A stretch of DNA of 64,000 nt, taken from assembly GCA_041389025.1 (NCBI GenBank), contig JAWKSP010000002.1, positions 21,246 to 85,245 of the forward strand, in the 5' to 3' direction. The notes under the pieces were generated by a model. That model made no database searches. It saw nothing but the letters and a program-made list of their open reading frames with translations, and had not been told where the DNA came from. The stretch comes from Minisyncoccota bacterium. Lineage in GTDB: Bacteria > Patescibacteriota > Minisyncoccia > Phycocordibacterales > UBA918. Positions 57,807 through 64,000 of the stretch are shown piece by piece. How positions within the stretch are numbered: position 1 is the first letter of the stretch; each line of letters opens with the position of its first letter. The position numbers were made by a program, and so were the translations under genes.

Positions 57807-58761
57807 AATATAGCATTAGGATGATCACTATAAAGACAGGTAATAGAATTGATACCTTGTGCGCAAACGATAAGCCAAAGAAGCCAAAGCCGGCAGTTTG
57901 CAACGTACCGTAAGGGAGAATACTTAAGTTTACCTCACCTTCTTGTTTAACATCATCTCCATTATAAATAGTATATCTGGCAATGTAACTACCGGCCGGT
58001 AATCTGGTTGGTATTTCCGCAACGACTTCTTCAGTGGCGTATGGTTCAATCTTAGGTACTTTTCCTAAGTTCTTAGTTTCTTCAAGCAGTACCTTCCCGC
58101 CAAAATCAAAAATTCTAAATTCCACCTTTGATGGTGAAATATTTACATTTCCAGTGTTTTCAATCAACATTCCGAAATTAATTTTTCCTGGAAAATATAG
58201 CCAACCGACTTTCTTCCCTTCATTCAAATCAGACACAGAAATCTTCCTGACCCGAAAGTCTTTAATTTCCCTATCGATAACATTTAGATCAATATCCACT
58301 TGAGCTCCCAAAGATATATTTACTGCTCCGGATGACACTTGATTATCATCGGGAACAGTTTTAATTCGCATAACACCTTTATAATCTTTAAAGTCGGCGT
58401 CTTTTGGCACTTTTACTCGCACAGTCATTGGAACCTTTTGTTCTCCTCTTGGTAAAGGAATGGTATAACCCTCAACTACTTCTATCCAATCCTGTATCTC
58501 AGGTGCGTCAATAGTTATTTGAGCTTTTAGTGGAACATTTGGATCACCTCTTACTAAAAGTATCTGTTGTTCATAAGTTGAATTTCTGGTTAGACTGGTA
58601 TTTTTTACATAAGGAGGTGTAATACCAAAACCAGCTCTGGCAAATTCAATTGATACTAAAAAAAATAGCAGAGTTACCGCAATCAGTTTTCCCAACCCTT
58701 CTTTCATGAGAGTATTATACACAATGATAATTATCTGAAAAAATGAACAAAAAGGCAACAA
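57778..58761 (-). CDS. DUF916/DUF3324-like surface protein (signal peptide + beta ectodomain + C-terminal TM)
   Basis: Same architecture as 41278..42321. C-terminal helix ILLPVFIVIILMLYF. Confidence 0.45.
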   Translation of the reverse strand: MLPFCSFFQIIIIVYNTLMKEGLGKLIAVTLLFFLVSIEFARAGFGITPPYVKNTSLTRNSTYEQQILLVRGDPNVPLKAQITIDAPEIQDWIEVVEGYTIPLPRGEQKVPMTVRVKVPKDADFKDYKGVMRIKTVPDDNQVSSGAVNISLGAQVDIDLNVIDREIKDFRVRKISVSDLNEGKKVGWLYFPGKINFGMLIENTGNVNISPSKVEFRIFDFGGKVLLEETKNLGKVPKIEPYATEEVVAEIPTRLPAGSYIARYTIYNGDDVKQEGEVNLSILPYGTLQTAGFGFFGLSFAHKVSILLPVFIVIILMLYFARSRYKAK

Positions 58762-58807
58762 CCACCGTCTGGATAACGGTGGTTGTTGCCTTTTTGTTTT
58801 ATTTAGT

Positions 58808-60670
58808 CTACCAATCTGTAGAACTAGATATCACTGCATAGAAGGTGTTTAGCCCCGTGTATGAACCTGCCAGAGTAATGGTGGCCGGTACTTCAATTCC
58901 CCAGTATGTTATTCCTGAATTTGGAGTAGATGTTGAAGTGGTCTTCGGTACTTTTAATTCTAGCATTTGCGGTGATGATGATGACATATCAATTCCTGAG
59001 CCATACGATACTGATGATGTGGCAAATTCCTGTTTAAAGTCTGGAATGGTTGAAGTAGCTGAATTCTCACACTCGTTACCGACAGCAAAAGTGGTACACA
59101 TAGCCTCTCCCTCAATATTTTCATTTAGACCGGTGTTTCCTACGGATCTAACGGTGGTTGTAGCGTTTAGGGTTCCTGTATTATTGCCCGGTTCCAGAGC
59201 TCCGTACGGTATCTCAGCTGTCAGTAGATCAATCGCTGGGAAACTTAATAATTCAACGGTGTTACTACTCAGAACTTTTGTTCCGGTGGCATTATTATCA
59301 TCTATTCCACTAATAGCTGCTATCCAAACATCTGTGTCGTAAGGTGAGGTAGAGTCTGTTGGTTGTGCCACAAACCATAATGGAAATGTACATGACCAAC
59401 TTATGGTAGCGTCGGTCGGACCACCGCAACTGGTTGATGAAGCGGTACAAGAGAGATTCCAAGTGGTAGTCGCTAAGCTACTTGGGTAACAGTTGTTTGG
59501 ATTGTATGATCCGGTTGTTCCATCACAGGTTGATGTTCCGATAGAATTTCTAAATAATGCCACTTCATAACTAACCATCTCGTCCCCTGACAGAGCATTT
59601 TCACAACTGTTGGCATCTGAGGTCTCAAAATCAAGGGTAAATCCGGTAGTCTCTCCCGAATCAACACTTAAAGTTATGTCTGAACCGCCATTGATAGAAA
59701 CTGTTCCGGCAGGAACTGTGGGAGCTACGTTATTTACAGTAAAACCTACATTAGTACCATGAGCTCCACCTTGAGCTTGATGTCCATGTTCATCAACTAT
59801 GAACCCCCAAGCATCATAGACATCGTCTTGGATAATTGACGGTAATGTGTAACTAGTAGTAGCGTTGTCATGCATAGCAATAGTTGTACTGGAAATTGTC
59901 CCACCAGCACCACAGTCCACTGTCGATGTACCAGTTCCAAAATCATTTGCGTTACATACAACTAGGTATATTTGGTCTGAAGAATCAACTGTGTCGGGAT
60001 CAGATGAGGTTGAGAAAAAACTAAAGATAGAGCCCGGGTCAGCAGGTGAATTGTTGTAAAAACTAGAAAATACCGGTCTGTGGTTTACTAAAAATGGTGA
60101 TGAGTTAGTGGCATTTAAACCTTGTGAGTAAGTATCGTTACAACGAGGATTGACCGGATCATCGTCACATACCCATGCGTACCAGTTATTCGACTCACTA
60201 AAGCTTTCTGTGGTTGTTGTAGCCGCGACTGCAGTAGAAAGAGCTGCAGTAGCTGTTGATACAGCCCATTGAGTAGCTGTACCATCACAATCAGGTGGAG
60301 CTGTACCCAAGTCATTTAAAGATGCGGCGGCGTTGGGAGTTGGAGTGGCGCTGTTGCTACATATCAAAAGGAAATATGGGGCAGAACCGGAATTGTCAGC
60401 CACTGCTGTCCAAGACACATTCTGCCCGGAGTTAGTAGGTGTACTAGTGGATGATTCATTGGTTTCGTAGGCTAGTGTTTGCCATTGCGGAGGAGTATTT
60501 AGAACAGTCAGGGTGGTCGTGGCAGATTGGGCTTCCACCTTTAACAACTCGGTCTTTCCAGCATTAAAGAGAAAAACCATACTTACCACAACCAATCCAA
60601 AGACTGAAGTGAGTATGGTTATTTTTCCCGCTGTCATTAGTTGTTTTTTTTCTGATAAATAATTGAACAT
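58808..60670 (-). CDS. Thr/Ser-rich secreted protein with 12 Cys, hypothetical
   Basis: 620 aa. N-terminal anchor ITILTSVFGLVVVSMVFLF. Low-complexity Thr/Ser/Ala tracts. Confidence 0.6.
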   Translation of the reverse strand: MFNYLSEKKQLMTAGKITILTSVFGLVVVSMVFLFNAGKTELLKVEAQSATTTLTVLNTPPQWQTLAYETNESSTSTPTNSGQNVSWTAVADNSGSAPYFLLICSNSATPTPNAAASLNDLGTAPPDCDGTATQWAVSTATAALSTAVAATTTTESFSESNNWYAWVCDDDPVNPRCNDTYSQGLNATNSSPFLVNHRPVFSSFYNNSPADPGSIFSFFSTSSDPDTVDSSDQIYLVVCNANDFGTGTSTVDCGAGGTISSTTIAMHDNATTSYTLPSIIQDDVYDAWGFIVDEHGHQAQGGAHGTNVGFTVNNVAPTVPAGTVSINGGSDITLSVDSGETTGFTLDFETSDANSCENALSGDEMVSYEVALFRNSIGTSTCDGTTGSYNPNNCYPSSLATTTWNLSCTASSTSCGGPTDATISWSCTFPLWFVAQPTDSTSPYDTDVWIAAISGIDDNNATGTKVLSSNTVELLSFPAIDLLTAEIPYGALEPGNNTGTLNATTTVRSVGNTGLNENIEGEAMCTTFAVGNECENSATSTIPDFKQEFATSSVSYGSGIDMSSSSPQMLELKVPKTTSTSTPNSGITYWGIEVPATITLAGSYTGLNTFYAVISSSTDW

Positions 60671-60765
60671 AAATAAATTGCCTACCTATTAAACTTTTTT
60701 ATATTTTAACTAATGTTTATTTTTTAGTGATGTAGTTATACACATTTTATACACAGTTTAAAAAA

Positions 60766-61974
60766 TTATTCATAACGAATAGCATCAAGTGGATTTAAAG
60801 TTGAGGCTCGCCTAGCCGGAAAAACACCTGTCAAATAACCAACTGCCGCTGAAAATAAAGCAATGAAGGTCAAAAACCCAAGCGGGAAAGAAAATAACGT
60901 AACGGCCTGTCCACCAAACTGGCTGGCTAAAATATTTAAAAATAGATTTATTGTTAAACCGATTAAAACACCCATTAATATTCCAGTAATACCACCCAAA
61001 AAACCTACTACAATTGACTCTGAGATAAAAAGATTTTTAACATCCTTTGGCGAAGCACCAATGGTTCTCATGATTCCAATCTCTTTTGTCCGTTCCAATA
61101 AAGTAACTGTCATAGTGTTAAACATACCGATAGCTGACACCACCAGAGCGATACCACCAAAAGTGGCTAAAACTACTTGTATGCCTTGAAATATTTTTGA
61201 TGCCTGTTCTACAGTTTTTGATAGTGCGGTAACTCTGTAGCCTTCCTCTATTAATTTTTCTTCAACGATTGGTAAATTTTCATTGGTGTCCACACGGACT
61301 TGCACTCTCTCATACTGCTCAATACCTACGTGACTTCTTAACTCAGGAAGCATCATCATACTATTTAAAACCGCCTCTTCCTTGGTAATACCTTTCACCA
61401 CATATTCTTTATCAATCGGAACCTCTAATACAGCATCCGTACCATCTTCAGCTGGAACTAACAATCGAAACGAAACTTTTTGACCAACAAAAGACTCAGG
61501 GTCATCAACACCAAAAAGCTTTAGAACGGCTGGCGACAACATGACTGAATTAGCATCTCCAGCATCTTCTTCTGTAAATACATCACCAGCTGTAGCGGTT
61601 ATCCCGGCGTATTTCAAATATGGTGGTTCAACTCCTTGAATAAAAACATTACCGGTCAAACCTTTATACGTCACCAAAGCCGGAAACCTAGCTAAAGGTG
61701 CCACGTCGACCACCTCAGGCATTTCTTTAAATTTTTGAACGGTGTCGCTATTTAAAGTAAGATTCTGACTTCCGGTAGCCGACACCCCAAGTGACAGCAG
61801 AGTTTCACCAAATACAATCTGCTCTAATATAATTTTCTGTAAACCAAAACCAAGTCCTACCAACACAACCACCGCTCCGGTACCAACCCCCATACCAAGA
61901 ATAGTCAACCATGTACGCATTGGGTTGGTCTTAAACATTCTGGTTGAAAGTTGTGCTAAATCTTGTACTCGCAT
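60766..61974 (-). CDS. ABC transporter permease, FtsX/MacB-like
   Basis: 4 TM helices with a large extracytoplasmic domain between TM1 and TM2. C-terminal FtsX motif IGIMRTIGASPKDVKNLFISES. Confidence 0.8.
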   Translation of the reverse strand: MRVQDLAQLSTRMFKTNPMRTWLTILGMGVGTGAVVVLVGLGFGLQKIILEQIVFGETLLSLGVSATGSQNLTLNSDTVQKFKEMPEVVDVAPLARFPALVTYKGLTGNVFIQGVEPPYLKYAGITATAGDVFTEEDAGDANSVMLSPAVLKLFGVDDPESFVGQKVSFRLLVPAEDGTDAVLEVPIDKEYVVKGITKEEAVLNSMMMLPELRSHVGIEQYERVQVRVDTNENLPIVEEKLIEEGYRVTALSKTVEQASKIFQGIQVVLATFGGIALVVSAIGMFNTMTVTLLERTKEIGIMRTIGASPKDVKNLFISESIVVGFLGGITGILMGVLIGLTINLFLNILASQFGGQAVTLFSFPLGFLTFIALFSAAVGYLTGVFPARRASTLNPLDAIRYE

Positions 61975-62133
61975 TAGATGAAGAAATGGGCGTGGTGACT
62001 ATTCTGAATTTACGTCCCAATTTTTTATTTCCTTAAAAAATTACTGGACGTTGAAGGTCGAACGCTCATAGAATTACGAACCTATAATACAATTATTCTA
62101 CCACTACACATTAAGCAAATAATTAGTTACTCA

Positions 62134-63456
62134 CTAACTTTTATAACTAACATCCACACCTTGTGCTATTACTTTTTCAAAATAACGAGTTAGATCATCG
62201 GCTTCTTTCTCGCTTAAACCTAGACCATTACTCCTTATTCCTTTTGATAGGTTTTCATTAAACTCATCTTCTTCAATAACTCCAGTTACTCTGTCGGCTA
62301 TCATTTCAATTAGGTTTTCGTCTTGTTTTTTATTTAACTTTATATGATGTGTGCTTTGTAAATGATGCCTTAGTCGCTCCGCCAGCTTATGTTGACTAAA
62401 GAAAATTTCGTTATTGTCTTTTTTGGCTCTAAAACGCCGAATATCATCAGCTTGTTCCATCAATTTTTCTGCAGTACTGGCCATTTTTTTAGCATCTGCC
62501 TCAAGCACCTCTACACCTCCCCTTTCAAATGGTAAAACCAATCCTTTGATAAAGGTTTTTTTATCAATTTTTCCTTTTATAAAAAGACCGATTGCATGCT
62601 CTAGTCTCACTAATTGTTTATAGGTGTATTTTTGAGTAAGGAAATTCACCATACTCTTAACTCGCAGAGTGTCTACTGAATCATAAGGATAGAGTCTGGC
62701 CAATTGCTCTAACTCTGTTACTATCGTCTCCCCTTCTTTTACCGGTTTTATTTGCTTACGCTGAGGATTTACCACTTCACGCACAATATGACCGTCTTTT
62801 AAATAATAAACACGATGCGCGTAACTCAAATGAGCGGCGTTATGCGACACCATAATAATAGTACGACGATCAAAGGTGTTAATCTCGTCAATTTTATCCA
62901 TTACCTGCTGAGTCGATACTGAGTCTAAGTTACCCGTTGGTTCATCAGCTAAAAGAATTTTTGGGTCATTTACCATCGAGCGTGATACTGATACGCGTTG
63001 TTGCTGACCTCCTGAAAGCATGGCTGGAACTTTGTGTGACACATGCCCTACCCCAAAACGATCCAACAATGACTGCGCTCGTCTTTCACGAGAAGTTTTA
63101 TCGGCATCACAGAAAATCATCGGTAAAGCCACATTATCCAATACTGAAAGAGATGGAATTAGGTTAAAAGATTGAAATATAATACCCATCACATAACGTT
63201 GAAAGTAGACACGCTCTTCAGGCGGATAAGAATATATATCATCACCGCGAATTAAAAGCGTACCTTCACCAGGTGGTAAGGAACCTTGAATTGCATACAT
63301 CAGAGTTGATTTACCCGAGCCTGAAGCACCAAAAAGAATGATGTACTCACCTTCGTAAATATCGGTATTTACACCTGTCAAAGCTTTAAACTCGTTTGAC
63401 TTACCTTTATTATAAATAATTGATAAGTCACGACAAACAATCAGCGGTTTCGCCAT
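62134..63456 (-). CDS. ABC transporter ATP-binding protein with ~200-aa C-terminal extension
   Basis: Walker A GASGSGKST, signature LSGGQQQRVSVSR, Walker B ILLADEPTGNLD. Partner of the FtsX-like permease. Confidence 0.85.
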   Translation of the reverse strand: MAKPLIVCRDLSIIYNKGKSNEFKALTGVNTDIYEGEYIILFGASGSGKSTLMYAIQGSLPPGEGTLLIRGDDIYSYPPEERVYFQRYVMGIIFQSFNLIPSLSVLDNVALPMIFCDADKTSRERRAQSLLDRFGVGHVSHKVPAMLSGGQQQRVSVSRSMVNDPKILLADEPTGNLDSVSTQQVMDKIDEINTFDRRTIIMVSHNAAHLSYAHRVYYLKDGHIVREVVNPQRKQIKPVKEGETIVTELEQLARLYPYDSVDTLRVKSMVNFLTQKYTYKQLVRLEHAIGLFIKGKIDKKTFIKGLVLPFERGGVEVLEADAKKMASTAEKLMEQADDIRRFRAKKDNNEIFFSQHKLAERLRHHLQSTHHIKLNKKQDENLIEMIADRVTGVIEEDEFNENLSKGIRSNGLGLSEKEADDLTRYFEKVIAQGVDVSYKS

Positions 63457-63509
63457 GTATATATTATGGCATTTCTATAAAAGTTTAGTTCGTTTATATC
63501 CCCAAACAA

Positions 63510-64000
63510 CTATCCGCCAATATTTTTGACCCAACCAAACGTACTTTCAAAGTTTTCGATAATCAAATCGATGATATTTTTCTCTTGAATCGGAGTGAAC
63601 AATACAAAATTTTCAGACTGAGCTTTATTACCAGCCTGATCTTCGCAATTCAACCAAAACTGATAAACCGTGGCCGGTGCAAAATCTATAACAACCTCAA
63701 CATGGCTGGTGTTGTACTCAATACTTTCTTTTTCAATAGTAGTCGGTTCTGTTCCTCCAGCTACTCCTTCACGATAAGTCATTAGACAGGAAGCGGACTC
63801 GTCTGTCACCCATTCAATAATAGTCTGAATTCGTGATTCACCTCCAGGAAACAAGGTGGACTCATTTGTCACATTAGAAATTATCGGTGCAGCAATATCT
63901 CGCACAGTCACAAACTGAATCGGCTGACTCTTTACACGGTCTCCGCCGGAGTTTTCTGATATCACATAAGCCACATATCTCGTCCCAAGGGTAAGGTCAG
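63510..64000 (-). CDS. Fn3-like-domain protein (5' partial; frame open to window end)
   Basis: Frame continues upstream of the listed GTG with no stop to nt 64000. Fn3-like pattern YQFWLNCEDQAGNKAQS. Confidence 0.5.
   Translation of the reverse strand, partial: DLTLGTRYVAYVISENSGGDRVKSQPIQFVTVRDIAAPIISNVTNESTLFPGGESRIQTIIEWVTDESASCLMTYREGVAGGTEPTTIEKESIEYNTSHVEVVIDFAPATVYQFWLNCEDQAGNKAQSENFVLFTPIQEKNIIDLIIENFESTFGWVKNIGG

Noticed and set aside
42325-60670. Reading the surface locus as a type IV pilus, sortase-pilus or S-layer operon
   Set aside because: No prepilin leader (G/FTLIE), no sortase, no LPxTG sorting signals and no SLH domains in these proteins. Anchoring is by N- or C-terminal TM helices.
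1-64000. CRISPR arrays, transposases, integrases, rRNA genes
   Set aside because: No regularly spaced short direct repeats. No DDE, tyrosine-recombinase or serine-recombinase motifs in any ORF. No rRNA-like sequence.

Overview
Low-GC (~35%) bacterial chromosome segment, standard genetic code (TAA, TAG and TGA all terminate genes), densely coded on both strands. Taxonomy is uncertain. The gene content and long tight co-directional operons fit a small-genome Gram-positive-like or CPR/Patescibacteria-like organism, but I cannot assign it from sequence alone.

Left third (1-17.4 kb), housekeeping and transport:
- A 5'-truncated zinc-ribbon protein gene followed by two hypothetical genes.
- Two noncoding stretches (1.6-2.15 kb and 2.93-3.6 kb) flank a single gene. 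Each carries a copy of a ~170-bp direct repeat with internal hairpins. The first also has a GTGACA/TGTCAC dyad array, and the second a ~220-nt GC-rich double long-hairpin element.
- EEP-family nuclease/phosphatase, pyruvate kinase (pyk), dihydroorotase (pyrC, interrupted by an in-frame TAA inside a perfect 25-nt palindrome) and dihydroorotate dehydrogenase (pyrD).
- A membrane-fusion protein (split into two ORFs) with an RND efflux pump, a PiT-like transporter, an FAD-linked oxidase and a phosphohexomutase.
- Two adjacent tRNA-Ala genes (GGC and TGC) on the minus strand.

Middle (17.4-37.9 kb), minus strand:
- ddl, followed by a tandemly duplicated two-gene cassette: a small N-anchored protein plus a ~920-950-aa secreted Fn3-containing protein, present twice.
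- uvrC, uvrA, an orphan two-receiver response regulator, uvrB, tgt, an FKBP isomerase, CapA and an AI-2E transporter.

Right third (37.9-64 kb), the most unusual part:
- One ~26-kb co-directional minus-strand block encoding almost only secreted or membrane-anchored proteins.
- It is headed by a MacB/FtsX-type ABC exporter.
- It contains three paralogous cohesin-like domains, two dockerin (twin Ca-binding F-hand) C-termini, a myxococcus-type Cys-rich repeat protein and three DUF916/DUF3324-like proteins (one fused to a LytR_C domain).
- It also encodes a 2056-aa BNR/lectin-repeat giant protein with a 69-bp perfect internal repeat, a Thr-rich 620-aa protein and an acidic protein with propeller-like repeats.
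- It ends with DsbA and a Cys-less TlpA-like thioredoxin-fold protein.
- I read this as a candidate cohesin-dockerin-based cell-surface assembly or adhesion system.

Four genes in the window look interrupted: pyrC, the membrane-fusion protein and two surface-locus genes. This suggests either sequence errors or ongoing gene decay.
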